From positions 1 through 43,446 of the IMG/VR virus record IMGVR_UViG_3300005764_000032: a DNA stretch of 43,446 bases; one strand, given 5' to 3'. A program made the position numbers and the translations under genes. This DNA is from a virus (Duplodnaviria; Caudoviricetes). Of the stretch, positions 34,342 through 42,998 are shown piece by piece (position 1 is the first letter of the stretch; every line of letters begins with the position of its first letter). Below the pieces are notes generated by a model. The model ran no database searches and had not been told where the DNA came from. It was given only the letters and a program-made list of their open reading frames with translations.

Positions 34342-36275
34342 CCCAGGTTGGCGTCGACATGCTGCGCGACGCGCTCCACTACGCCGCGCTGGGCTGGGCG
34401 GTCTTGCCGCTCCACACGCCTGACGACAGCGGCGTCTGCGACTGCCCGCGGCGTCAGGACTGCACCGACAGCGGCAAGCACCCGCGCACGATGAAGGGTG
34501 TCGACGCCGCCTCGGCCGACGAGGCGACCATCCGCTGGTGGTGGAAGATGTGGCCCCAGGCCAACATCGGCATCGCCCTGGCGCCGTCGGGCCTGGTCGA
34601 CATCGCGCCCGATTCAGTGGAGTGGTGGGCCGAGTTCCAGGCCCGCGGCCTGCCGCCGACGCTGACGTTTGCGTCGGGTGCGGGCGAGGGCCACGTGCAC
34701 TACCTGTACGCGCGGCCCGAGGACTGCCCGATCTACCGCCAGACCGAGTCGGGTCTGTTCGACCTGATGTCGAACGGTTACTGCGTGGGGCCGCCGAGCC
34801 TGCACGCGAGCGGGCGACGTTACCGCTGGCTGCCCGATGATGAGCTGCCTGACGGCGGCGTGATCCAGGAGGCGCCGCAGTGGGCGGTGGAGCAGCTTGG
34901 CCAGCGTGCCCACAGGCGTGTCCAGGACGCGCAGCAGAGCATGCCGTTCGATCCCGAGGCCCCACCCGTCGTGCTGGGTGGCGAGGCGCTGGAGCGCTGG
35001 CACGGGCGCCTGTATGAGCGTCGGCCAGACGGCACACCCGACCGCAGCTACAGTCTGTGGCGCCTGTCGGTAGACCTGCTCGAGGCGGGCTTGCAGCCAG
35101 CGTTCGTCAAGCAGCTGCTGGCCGAGCGCGACCTGGCCTTCGGCTGGGAAAAGTTCAGTGGTCGGCGCGATGCGAACGAGCGTTACCACGTCATTGTCGA
35201 GCGAGCGCGCGCCAGCCAGGGACCGCAACGAGTACGGCTGAACGGCCAGGTACGCGCTGAGCCGAAGCGACCGAAGCCCAAGCTGGAGCCGCTGACCTGG
35301 GAGACAATCGACGAGTTCAACGCGAGCGTTGACGAAGAGGTTGCCTGGCTCGCCGTCGGGTTGGTGGGCGAGGGGCTGATCACTGAGCTGGACGGCAAGG
35401 CCAAGCGGGCGGGTAAGACCACGCTGCTGCTGTCGCTTTCGTGTGCCATCCTGCGTGGCCAGTCATTTCTCGGGCAGCCGACCCGGCACTCACCCGTGGT
35501 GTATCTGACCGAACAGTCAGGTCCCAGCTTCAAGCACAACCTGCGCAGCGCTGGGCTGGTCGATGGCGATGCGTTCCACATCTTGCGCTGGAACCTCAAC
35601 TCGGGCTGGGTCTGGAAAGACCTGGTGCCAGAGGTGTTGAAGAAGGTCGATGACGTCGGCGCGCGGCTGCTGATCATCGACACGTTGCCGCAGTTCAGCG
35701 GCGTGCGCGGCGACGAAGAGAACAGGGCGGGCGAAGCGCTCGAGGTGATGGAGCCGCTGATGGTGGCGACGCAGCGCAAGCTGGCAATCGTCATCAGTCG
35801 CCACGACCGCAAGTCGGGCGGCGAGGTGGGTGACAGTGCCCGCGGCAGCTCAGCTTACGCCGGGGCGGTCGACATCATCCTGCATCTGTTGCGGCCTGAG
35901 GCCAAGCCAGGCAATCAGCGTCAGCGGGTGCTCGAAGGTTCGGGTCGCTTTTCGGACCAGACGCCTGATGCATTGCTGATCACGCTGGGCGAGGGCGCGC
36001 CGCAGCAGTACTCGGTGGTGGGCAGCGTTGACGACGTCAAGACGCGTGACATGCGGGTCGACATCCTGGCTGCGGTGCCTGACAACGAGGAGCAGGCTAT
36101 CGACCAGGAGGAGATGCTCAGGCGCGTGCCTGGTCGTGCGCTCGAGGTCATGCGCTGCGTCAAAGAGCTAGTCGGCGAGAAGCGTCTGGCTGCTGTCAGG
36201 AAGCCTGGCCCGAAGGGTTACCCGCGCATGCACTACTACGAGCGGGGCGCTGGCGAGGACGACGATGACGACTGA
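34338..36275 (+). CDS. Bifunctional primase-polymerase fused to an AAA_25/RecA-like helicase
   Basis: ALHYAALGWAVLPL, GKHP, WW..WPQANIGI, H-x-H-YLY, Walker A GKAKRAGKTT, Walker B LLIIDT, and ARGSSA. Confidence 0.92.
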   Translation: MTQVGVDMLRDALHYAALGWAVLPLHTPDDSGVCDCPRRQDCTDSGKHPRTMKGVDAASADEATIRWWWKMWPQANIGIALAPSGLVDIAPDSVEWWAEFQARGLPPTLTFASGAGEGHVHYLYARPEDCPIYRQTESGLFDLMSNGYCVGPPSLHASGRRYRWLPDDELPDGGVIQEAPQWAVEQLGQRAHRRVQDAQQSMPFDPEAPPVVLGGEALERWHGRLYERRPDGTPDRSYSLWRLSVDLLEAGLQPAFVKQLLAERDLAFGWEKFSGRRDANERYHVIVERARASQGPQRVRLNGQVRAEPKRPKPKLEPLTWETIDEFNASVDEEVAWLAVGLVGEGLITELDGKAKRAGKTTLLLSLSCAILRGQSFLGQPTRHSPVVYLTEQSGPSFKHNLRSAGLVDGDAFHILRWNLNSGWVWKDLVPEVLKKVDDVGARLLIIDTLPQFSGVRGDEENRAGEALEVMEPLMVATQRKLAIVISRHDRKSGGEVGDSARGSSAYAGAVDIILHLLRPEAKPGNQRQRVLEGSGRFSDQTPDALLITLGEGAPQQYSVVGSVDDVKTRDMRVDILAAVPDNEEQAIDQEEMLRRVPGRALEVMRCVKELVGEKRLAAVRKPGPKGYPRMHYYERGAGEDDDDD

Positions 36276-36504
36276 CGATTTGAGTTCAAAACAAAACTCA
36301 TTCCCATTCCCACCTATATATGTCCGGAATGGGAATGAGTTTGGGAAAGAGGGCTTCTGGCCGCCCCGGATTGTGTGGTCGCGTGAGCTTGGTTGGCTGA
36401 ACATTCGTGACCCGTGGGGCAGCTGGCATTCGATTCCGGCCAAGGAGGCACCCTCTGGCTACGTGCACCTCGCTAACCAGGCTAAGTACGGAGGATCGCG
36501 GTAG
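36265..36504 (+). CDS. Hypothetical protein overlapping the ori-like palindrome
   Basis: The C-terminal half (GWLNIRDPWGSWHSIPAKEAP) is protein-like. The start is uncertain. Confidence 0.45.
   Translation: MTTDDLSSKQNSFPFPPIYVRNGNEFGKEGFWPPRIVWSRELGWLNIRDPWGSWHSIPAKEAPSGYVHLANQAKYGGSR
36294..36342. repeat. Perfect 17-bp inverted repeat with a TATATA loop, candidate replication origin
   Basis: AAACTCATTCCCATTCC-cacctatatatgtcc-GGAATGGGAATGAGTTT, directly after the prim-pol gene. Confidence 0.7.
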
Positions 36505-36507
36505 GCG

Positions 36508-37260
36508 ATGCCCAGGTTCGTCGGGCCGCACTGGTCGGCGTCCAGGTTCATGTGCTTCGACCAGTGTCCGGCCGAGTACCGCGACCGCTACGTAGACGGC
36601 CTCGCGCTCGAGTTGACCGAGGCGCTCGCGTTCGGCTCGGCCATGCACCTCGGGCTCGAGGCGCACTTCCAGGGTCATGACGCCGAGCTAGCGTTCCGCC
36701 GCGCCTGGAAGAGCTACCAGCCGGCGCTGGGCCCCACCACCCCAGGGCTGACCGGGACGGGCCTGGTGCTGCTCGAGAAGGTGGCCGAGCTAGGCCTGCA
36801 CGGTGTGCCCGAGCGCGGCTTCAGCCTCGACACCGAGGCCGACCTGGGCGCGCCGATCGTGGGCGCGCTCGACCTGTACGACGCCGAGGCGGGCGTGGTG
36901 TACGACTTCAAGACGACGCGCGGAGCGTGGTCGGAGGCGCGCGCCGAGACCGAGGTGTGGCAGCCCATGCTCTACACCCAGGCGATCTGGGAAGAGACTG
37001 GCCAGTTGCCCGAGTTCGAGTACATCGTGCTCAACCGTGTGACAGCCAAGCTGTCGCGTTTCCGGCGTAGCTGGACGCCCGAGACGTGGCTCGAGCAGAT
37101 GAACCGCGCCTGGGAGCGGATGCGCGAGGTGTCCGTGGCGGTGGCCAGCGGTCACCTCGAGTGTCACGGCGAGCACGGTTTCTGTGGCGAATGCGGCGGG
37201 CGCTGGGACCATGACCACAAGTGCGATCCCGAGATCAGCAGCAGGAGGATCCGCCTATGA
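36508..37260 (+). CDS. Cas4/RecB-like PD-(D/E)XK exonuclease
   Basis: SAS...CP, GSAMH, GALDL, DFKT, Q..LY and C-terminal Cys cluster. SD GGAGG. Confidence 0.88.
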   Translation: MPRFVGPHWSASRFMCFDQCPAEYRDRYVDGLALELTEALAFGSAMHLGLEAHFQGHDAELAFRRAWKSYQPALGPTTPGLTGTGLVLLEKVAELGLHGVPERGFSLDTEADLGAPIVGALDLYDAEAGVVYDFKTTRGAWSEARAETEVWQPMLYTQAIWEETGQLPEFEYIVLNRVTAKLSRFRRSWTPETWLEQMNRAWERMREVSVAVASGHLECHGEHGFCGECGGRWDHDHKCDPEISSRRIRL

Positions 37261-37488
37261 GAAAGAAGGGCGGCATCGTCGGTCTGGCCTCGTTCCGGGC
37301 CTGGTGCCGGGACTGATGAAGCGGTACTGCCCGATCCACGAGTACACGTACTGGTACTGCTCGCGGCGCTGCCTCAGACAGCGGCTGGCGCTGCGCTTAG
37401 TCAGCCATGCGTTGAATGTGTACTGGTACACGCGCCGCCACGGTGCTCGTCCCATGGATCTCGCCGAGTTTCGGGCGCGCTACGGACG

Positions 37489-37749
37489 ATGAGACGAGCC
37501 ACCACGCCGCGCTGTCGGCACGGCTGCCGCTTCATCCAGATCAGCGACACGCTGTGGCTGTGTCTGCACGCCAGCTGGGGCGCGACGTCGTACCTGCGCG
37601 GGGCGGTCGAGGAGGCGCGGCGGCTGCTCGAGCGGGTGGGTGGTTACGAGACGGTCCTGGCCGGCATCGTGGCGGCCGAGGAGGAGCGCAAAGAGGCGCG
37701 CAAAGAAGAGCGTGAACGTCAGGCCAAACGGGAGGTGCGTTATGGCTAG
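37489..37749 (+). CDS. Hypothetical protein
   Basis: CRHGC motif and overlap coupling. Confidence 0.55.
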   Translation: MRRATTPRCRHGCRFIQISDTLWLCLHASWGATSYLRGAVEEARRLLERVGGYETVLAGIVAAEEERKEARKEERERQAKREVRYG

Positions 37750-38017
37750 TCCGATGGATACCGAGCTGGCTGGGCAGTGGCAGGAAGAGTATGAGCGGCT
37801 GACCGGGCGGCGGCCTGTCGTGCTGATCACCTACGGCGTGGAGGCTCATGAGTTTGCGCTCGACGCGCTCGGCGGTCTGCCGCCCAGGACGGTGATCTGG
37901 TTCCTGAGCGAGGCGCTCGCCGAAACGCTCAGGATGGTGGGCGCCGAACGGGCCGCGTACGAAGCGTTGCTCGACCTGCTCGAGCGCATGGCCGACAGTG
38001 TCCCGAGCAGGAACTGA
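37742..38017 (+). CDS. Hypothetical protein
   Basis: SD GGAGG before ATG 37742. Confidence 0.65.
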   Translation: MASPMDTELAGQWQEEYERLTGRRPVVLITYGVEAHEFALDALGGLPPRTVIWFLSEALAETLRMVGAERAAYEALLDLLERMADSVPSRN

Positions 38018-38217
38018 TGAGTACCAGGTCGATGTTGCGGGCCAGGCGTATGGCCCGGCTGATGGTCCAGCTGGAGATCGCGGCGCGCCAGGCGCAGCTA
38101 CGCGAGGAACACGATGCCGCGGAGCGACTGTGGCTGCAGCGCGAGACGCTCCAATTCGACCGCTCGAAGTTGCTGCGCACCATGTGGGGGGCAAAAGAAA
38201 ACCCCCACCGGCCATGA
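38017..38217 (+). CDS. Hypothetical coiled-coil protein
   Basis: TGATG coupling. Confidence 0.6.
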   Translation: MSTRSMLRARRMARLMVQLEIAARQAQLREEHDAAERLWLQRETLQFDRSKLLRTMWGAKENPHRP

Positions 38218-38231
38218 CAACCGGTAGGGGT
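38193..38231 (-). terminator. Intrinsic terminator downstream of the integrase
   Basis: An 11-bp stem (38201-38211/38221-38231) whose single C/A mismatch becomes G-U on the minus strand, followed by UUUUCUUUU. Confidence 0.75.
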
Positions 38232-38368
38232 CGGCGCCCGCGCAGGGGAGAGTCACCAACGCCTGCGCGCGCTGCTGAGACGATAACAGATCGGTCACGT
38301 GAGGATCTGCTGGACGAGCTGGCCGCGTTGCTGATCGAGGGCGCCCAGATCTTGCTGCAAGAGCGGGC

Positions 38369-40096
38369 TCAGGCGGCCAGGGCGCCGGCCAAGGAGCCCA
38401 GTGATCCTAGGTAGCGATCATATGCGCGTGCGGATATGTCGGTTGCCAAGGTCGGACCGGTGATCTCGTCGAAGATCAGCACGTTGTGAGTCACGCCTTC
38501 GGGTAGCTTGGCGCGCGGGTTGGGCTTGCGTGCCCAGGGCGCATCGGTCGTCAGTCGTAGCTCGTCGCCGATGCGCGCCAGGTACTGTTGCAGGTGCCAT
38601 TGTCGCGACGCTGCGAAGCCCGCGACTCCGATCCGCACATTGGCGAAAAGGATGCAGTAGACCCGTGCTTGCCTGGCGACCGGCAGTCTGTCGAATGCAT
38701 CGAGGGGGCTATCGAGCAGGATCGCGCACGTCTTTTCCAGGGCGGCGTCGTCAAGCCGTGCATCTTCTTCTTCGGCGACCTGCTGTTGCAGAGCGCTGAT
38801 TTCAGCCTGGACCTTTTTGAGTTGTGGTACCAGGGCCAGCCCTAGCTCTTCGTCGTTGATGACCTGTTCGGCCAGGACGTCTCGTCGCTCTTCGAGGTAT
38901 GCCATGCGCTGGGCTGCTGCAGATGGCTCACGTGTGGTCAGGTGATTACGCGCCGCTTCGGCCAGACCCTGGACGTTGGCCATGGCTCGCGGGAGCTCCT
39001 GGCGCAGGATCTGTAGCGCCACGTTCTCGACGATGAGCTGTGGTTCGGCGCAGGCCAGTCCGCGGCGACCTCTGCCTGAGCCAACAGCCGGGCAGGCATA
39101 TGTGCCGGGACCGTGACCGATCATGCGCGCGCCACAGCTGACGCACTCGAGCACGCCGAGCAGCAGATGCTCAGAGGCGGTGCCCTTCATGATGCGGGCG
39201 TTAGCCGGTTTGGCGAACTTGCGCTGCCAGCGCCGCACGCGGGCTGGTTCCCAATAGGCCAGGTCGGGGCGGTGCTGAGCGAAGGTCTTTGGCTGCCGGG
39301 TGAGCGGATCGATCGCGAACTTGTCCCACACGGTGGAGCGCTGCGTGAGCTTGTCGCCGAAGCTGTAGGTGCCTACGTAGATGCCGTTGTTGAGGATGTA
39401 GCGCAGGCCGTAGACGTGCCAGCGCGTGCTGTCGCCGCCGCGGCCGCGGAAGGCTGGCCGTTGCGGCCCCTGGCTGTTCAGGATGCGCACGATCTGGGCA
39501 AGCGTGTCGTGCTCGTCAAATAGCTCAGCTAACCGCTCGATCACGTGAGCCTGGTCGGGGTCTTTGGCAACGTGCTTCTTGCCATCCTCGCCGGCGACGT
39601 TGTGGTAGCCGAGCGGCGTCTTCATATACAGCGGCTCTTTCTCCAGCTTCTTGAAGATTCCGCTCCAGAGCGTGTTGCGGATGTTGCGCCAGTCGATGCC
39701 AGCGATGAAGCACTGGAACTGAAACTGCAGCAAGTCATCCTCGAGCCGCAGGTTGTACTCGCGGTCCCAGGTGTGGAAGCGGCCGCCGGCTTCGACGATG
39801 CGGCGGGCGATGAGCGCGCCGTCGACGCCGAACTCGTCACGAGTCAGGCGCTTGACGTCGAGGGCACCGATGCCGTGGATGACACCGGTGCGTAGGTCCT
39901 CGAGCATGCCCAGTGCGATCTTGCGCTTGGACAGGTCGGCGCCCGAGGTGCCCTGCTCGTCATAGATCCGGACGGAGTAGCCGCGCTCCTGGATGCGTGC
40001 GGCCAGATCGCCCTGCACCTCCGAGCGGTAGTTACCGATCTGCCGAGCAGTGGAATTGCGGATGGTGAGACCGATGATGAGTTGGCCGGTGGTCAT
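38369..40096 (-). CDS. int: Large serine recombinase (integrase)
   Basis: IRNSTARQ (catalytic Ser), DEQGTSG, KRLTR, PLGY, ILNNGIYVG, zinc ribbon LLLGVLECVSCG..YAC, and a coiled coil. Confidence 0.93.
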   Translation of the reverse strand: MTTGQLIIGLTIRNSTARQIGNYRSEVQGDLAARIQERGYSVRIYDEQGTSGADLSKRKIALGMLEDLRTGVIHGIGALDVKRLTRDEFGVDGALIARRIVEAGGRFHTWDREYNLRLEDDLLQFQFQCFIAGIDWRNIRNTLWSGIFKKLEKEPLYMKTPLGYHNVAGEDGKKHVAKDPDQAHVIERLAELFDEHDTLAQIVRILNSQGPQRPAFRGRGGDSTRWHVYGLRYILNNGIYVGTYSFGDKLTQRSTVWDKFAIDPLTRQPKTFAQHRPDLAYWEPARVRRWQRKFAKPANARIMKGTASEHLLLGVLECVSCGARMIGHGPGTYACPAVGSGRGRRGLACAEPQLIVENVALQILRQELPRAMANVQGLAEAARNHLTTREPSAAAQRMAYLEERRDVLAEQVINDEELGLALVPQLKKVQAEISALQQQVAEEEDARLDDAALEKTCAILLDSPLDAFDRLPVARQARVYCILFANVRIGVAGFAASRQWHLQQYLARIGDELRLTTDAPWARKPNPRAKLPEGVTHNVLIFDEITGPTLATDISARAYDRYLGSLGSLAGALAA

Positions 40097-40353
40097 AGCT
40101 CGTTGTTGATAACGGCTGCTGCCATGGGGTCGGTCGAGGACAGTCCGCCTATCGCAGCGAGCGCGCGTCTGACGGCCCAGTTAGTAGCGGTCGCATGGTC
40201 GGCGGCTGTGGCGGCGCGCCCGGGTTTGTTCCGTTTAAGCGCAAGCTCCTCGGCGTTGTTCATAACCGACTGGCCGAGCCTGGCAGCTTCGATCAGGACT
40301 TCGAGCACCTGACGATCGATCTCTACGGTCGCGCGGGGCGTTGCAGTGTTCAT
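40093..40353 (-). CDS. Hypothetical protein coupled to the integrase
   Basis: Headed by AAGGAGAGTCACCCATG. ATGA overlap with int. Confidence 0.7.
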   Translation of the reverse strand: MNTATPRATVEIDRQVLEVLIEAARLGQSVMNNAEELALKRNKPGRAATAADHATATNWAVRRALAAIGGLSSTDPMAAAVINNEL

Positions 40354-40365
40354 GGGTGACTCTCC

Positions 40366-40533
40366 TTAGCGGGGTGCTTGATATTCGAGGCAGCGCCACA
40401 CGGGCGCCAGAGCAGGGCAGCCACACGCCGGCTGTCCGTTCTGATACGGGGTTCGATCGAAGCGACACACGGCGCGCTGAGCGTGGATGACGGCCGGGTG
40501 GATGCGGCACCAGCGCTGCTCAACGTCGCTCAT
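40366..40533 (-). CDS. Small Cys-rich protein
   Basis: MSDVEQRWCRIH...VCRF...CGCP. ATGA overlap with the upstream gene. Confidence 0.55.
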   Translation of the reverse strand: MSDVEQRWCRIHPAVIHAQRAVCRFDRTPYQNGQPACGCPALAPVWRCLEYQAPR

Positions 40534-40751
40534 GCCCGGCCCCGCACGACCAGGCGTGCGCCGCAGACGATGGCCAGGACGTCCAGGATCAGGCCGACGA
40601 AGACGATCCAGAGCATGACGAACATGTCCAGGCTGGGCCCGACAAGGCGCAGGAAGAAAGGCACGGCCGGGCCGGCAATGAGCGGGCCCAGGACGGCGCA
40701 CAGGAGCAAGCCGACCAGGGCCAGGGCCGCGCCGGCCAGGCGAATGGTCAT
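40530..40751 (-). CDS. 2-TM membrane protein
   Basis: Two long hydrophobic segments. Confidence 0.65.
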   Translation of the reverse strand: MTIRLAGAALALVGLLLCAVLGPLIAGPAVPFFLRLVGPSLDMFVMLWIVFVGLILDVLAIVCGARLVVRGRA

Positions 40752-40791
40752 GACAGCAGCCACATGACGACGAGGAGGACCATGCGCGGGC

Positions 40792-41058
40792 TCATGGCTG
40801 ACCGTCCTGGCCGCGGACGGCGCGCTCGAGCGTGTCGCGAACCTCGAGCAGTCCGGCGTCGGTCAGGTACAGCAGCGAGTACTCGACAGTGCGCGCGATC
40901 GCGCCCGTGCCAGACTCCCAGCGGTACACGCTCTGCGCGGTGACGTCGAGTAACTTGGCCAGGTCGGCCTGGGTCAGGCGGTGGGCGAGACGCCAGGCGC
41001 GCAAGCCCTGCGGCGTACGCAGGGCCAGCGTGGGGCGTTGTCGGGTGCGGGTGGTCAT
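40792..41058 (-). CDS. XRE-family HTH protein
   Basis: LRAWRLAHRLTQADLAKLLDVTAQSVYRWESG. The start is defined by the GGAGAGTCACCCATG motif. Confidence 0.85.
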   Translation of the reverse strand: MTTRTRQRPTLALRTPQGLRAWRLAHRLTQADLAKLLDVTAQSVYRWESGTGAIARTVEYSLLYLTDAGLLEVRDTLERAVRGQDGQP

Positions 41059-41083
41059 GGGTGACTCTCCTGTTGAGCGCACA

Positions 41084-41346
41084 TTATGTAGGATCGGGGC
41101 AGAACCAGTACGTCGTGCTGCGCACGGCGCTCTCGTCCCAGGTGCCCCACTTGTCTTCGGGGTTTTTCTTGACCCAGTCGCCGGGCGTTTCGATCTGCAC
41201 TTGAGGTCGCCGTAAATCGAGTGCATACCCTCGGGCATGAGCGGCGGGCGGGCGACTTTTGCGGCGGTGGTGCCAGAGCGGTACGCGCTCTTGGCGGCGC
41301 GGGCAACACGCTGCTCGAGCGCGTCGAGGCGTTCGTCCGGGGTCAC
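41084..41346 (-). pseudogene. Small gene with an apparent 1-nt frameshift near 41200
   Basis: The GC3-rich frame switches from MTPDERL...YGDLK to VQIETPGDWVKK...CPDPT*. Restoring one G (CTC AAG GTG) joins the two frames. Confidence 0.45.
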
Positions 41347-41858
41347 TGCTTTCGCCTCGGCACTGCGTGGTAGATCTCCCAGGTGTTCTGGTCATAGACT
41401 GCCATCAGCCCGCTATCGGCCATCAGGCGCATGCTGGCTAGCGCTAGCGCGGCGTCATCGTTCTCTTCAGCTAGTTCCTCCTCAACGCGCTCTACAAACT
41501 CGGGCTCCATGCCTAGCCAGAAAACGATGTCGCGCAGGACGAGGTCATGGACATGCCAGGATGGGCCCTCGGCACTGATGCGAGTAGCAAACTTGCCGCC
41601 GGTGCGGCCGCGGACGACCCACCGCTCACGACGTTGCCAGTCCGGGTCGTTCTTGACGCGCTCGATGAGCCGTGTCATGAGCGTGTCGAAGCGCTCGCTA
41701 AACGATGACGGCGACGGCGCGCCTGGTGAAGTTGCAGGTGCCTGCGTGCTTTGCTCGATACCGAGATAAGCGGCCTCATCAGCGGCAGTCAGCGGCGGGG
41801 CGCCGGTCCGTGCTCGCGCGGCGCGTACCTCTTCAATTGTGGGGCGACGGTAAATCAT
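41343..41858 (-). CDS. Hypothetical protein
   Basis: Variant motif AAGAGGGTCACCATG at the start and GTGA overlap downstream. Confidence 0.65.
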   Translation of the reverse strand: MIYRRPTIEEVRAARARTGAPPLTAADEAAYLGIEQSTQAPATSPGAPSPSSFSERFDTLMTRLIERVKNDPDWQRRERWVVRGRTGGKFATRISAEGPSWHVHDLVLRDIVFWLGMEPEFVERVEEELAEENDDAALALASMRLMADSGLMAVYDQNTWEIYHAVPRRKQ

Positions 41859-42092
41859 GGTGACCCTCTTCGTTGTCGTTGTAGGCCAGGCCGGCATCGG
41901 TCAGGTAGAGCAGTGAGTACTCGACCGTGCGCGGGATGGCGACGTTGCCAGACTCCCAGCGCCACACGCTTTGTGCGTGTGGATCTCAAGTAGCCGCGCG
42001 CGGATCAGAGCAGCGCGCTGCAGCGGTCGCAGTGTGGCAACGTCGCCGGCGTCGGCCGGATCGATCATGAGCATGAGCTTGACGGTTTCCAT
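41833..42092 (-). pseudogene. Frameshifted paralog of the 40792-41058 XRE HTH gene
   Basis: An alternative frame reads AQSVWRWESGNVAIPRTVEYSLLYLTDAGL, against AQSVYRWESGTGAIARTVEYSLLYLTDAGL in the intact gene. There is an extra AC at about 41977-41981. Confidence 0.7.
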
Positions 42093-42102
42093 GTGACTCT
42101 CC

Positions 42103-42351
42103 TCAGTGTGGGCCCATAACCCACGCGTAGTCGGCGAAATTCCGGTGGTGGCGCCAGAGTGCGTAGCGGACGGTCTGGCGGAGCAGCGCTGGCGTCCAGC
42201 GGGTATCAGTGTCCAGTCCTGGCGCGTGCTCTACGGCATAGATGATGTCGTTGTCAGGCGTGGCTACGTGCGTCCGGGCTAGCCAGCGGTCGATAGCGCG
42301 TGTCGGCACGAGCGGACTTGTGCGTGGCTTGCGCTCAGTTTTCATCGTCAA
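42103..42351 (-). CDS. Hypothetical protein
   Basis: Fills the operon. Its stop abuts the next start motif. Confidence 0.65.
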   Translation of the reverse strand: MTMKTERKPRTSPLVPTRAIDRWLARTHVATPDNDIIYAVEHAPGLDTDTRWTPALLRQTVRYALWRHHRNFADYAWVMGPH

Positions 42352-42529
42352 TGACCTCGACTGTGATCACGACGTTGCGCCGATTGAACCGGCGCAGCCA
42401 CTTCGCCACATCTTGTAGCGCTGGCGCGTGGTCGTCGCTCACGATGTACGCCGCGTACTCGTGAGTGTCGGCAGTCTCGCCGGCAATCACCTTGCCGGAG
42501 ATTCCGGCGCGCATGGTTCCGTGTTTCAT
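42335..42529 (-). CDS. Hypothetical protein directly downstream of the hammerhead ribozyme
   Basis: Starts with AAGGAGAGTCACCCATG. Confidence 0.7.
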   Translation of the reverse strand: MKHGTMRAGISGKVIAGETADTHEYAAYIVSDDHAPALQDVAKWLRRFNRRNVVITVEVIDDEN

Positions 42530-42542
42530 GGGTGACTCTCCT

Positions 42543-42613
42543 TGACCTGTCGTCTTCAGGGCCGGTAGGTCAGGTCCGGCCGACGTCGGACGTTAGGTGT
42601 CCGACGTTTCGAC
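42543..42613 (-). ncRNA. Type II hammerhead ribozyme with loop I pseudoknot
   Basis: Minus strand reads GUC GAAAC GUCGGAC accuaac GUCCGAC GUC^ GGCCGG accUGACCUa CCGGCC CUGAAGA c GAC AGGUCA. All core nucleotides, three stems and a 6-bp pseudoknot are present. Confidence 0.9.
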
Positions 42614-42795
42614 TAAAACGGCAGTTCGGCCTCCGGATCGATCGGCCGAGGCGCCTGGTGGGTGTGGTGCTCGAGCCACTCGGCGACGTCCGACCACTGC
42701 GAGCAGGCGCCTTCGTTGTGCTGCGCAATGGTGTGTTTGAAGCCTTCGGCGCACGTGGCAGCGAAGTACTCGGCGCCGCACTCATAGCAGTTCAC
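42613..42795 (-). CDS. Small Cys/His protein
   Basis: CYECG...C...C...HHTH. Its stop codon forms the 5' edge of the ribozyme. Confidence 0.65.
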   Translation of the reverse strand: MNCYECGAEYFAATCAEGFKHTIAQHNEGACSQWSDVAEWLEHHTHQAPRPIDPEAELPF

Positions 42796-42998
42796 GATGC
42801 GTGCTCTTCGACGCGAAAGCCTGGCAATGGGCGTTTCGAGAGCATCGCTTCGGGCCGGACGGTCAGGAATGGCTCGTCTGCACCGGGCGTGCGGTCAACG
42901 AGCACAAAGTGCTCGGCGATGAGCGTGCCGAGGTGCTCGGCACGCGCTGTCGCGGCAACGGGGTTACCGTCGGAATCGTAGATGACGTACATCAGCAT
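42792..42998 (-). CDS. Hypothetical protein (in-frame upstream start at 43064 also possible)
   Basis: GGAGAGTCACCCATG at 42996-43010 and a variant motif at 43062-43079. Confidence 0.65.
   Translation of the reverse strand: MLMYVIYDSDGNPVAATARAEHLGTLIAEHFVLVDRTPGADEPFLTVRPEAMLSKRPLPGFRVEEHAS

Noticed and set aside
36508-37260. Cas4-like gene as evidence of a CRISPR-Cas system
   Set aside because: There are no other cas genes or repeat-spacer array. Solo Cas4/RecB-like nucleases are common in phage replication modules.
38214-38414. Possible + strand ORF (MTTGRGRR...) containing GGAGAGTCACC at 38247-38257
   Set aside because: It overlaps the integrase 3' end and its terminator, and the motif is not followed by a start codon. 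Too uncertain to call as a gene.
40792-41346. 184-aa ORF as a single HTH protein
   Set aside because: An internal start motif at 41058 and a frame switch near 41200 indicate two genes joined by a frameshift.
40849-42000. Diversity-generating retroelement TR/VR pair
   Set aside because: There is no reverse transcriptase, and the differences are mostly synonymous rather than adenine-specific.
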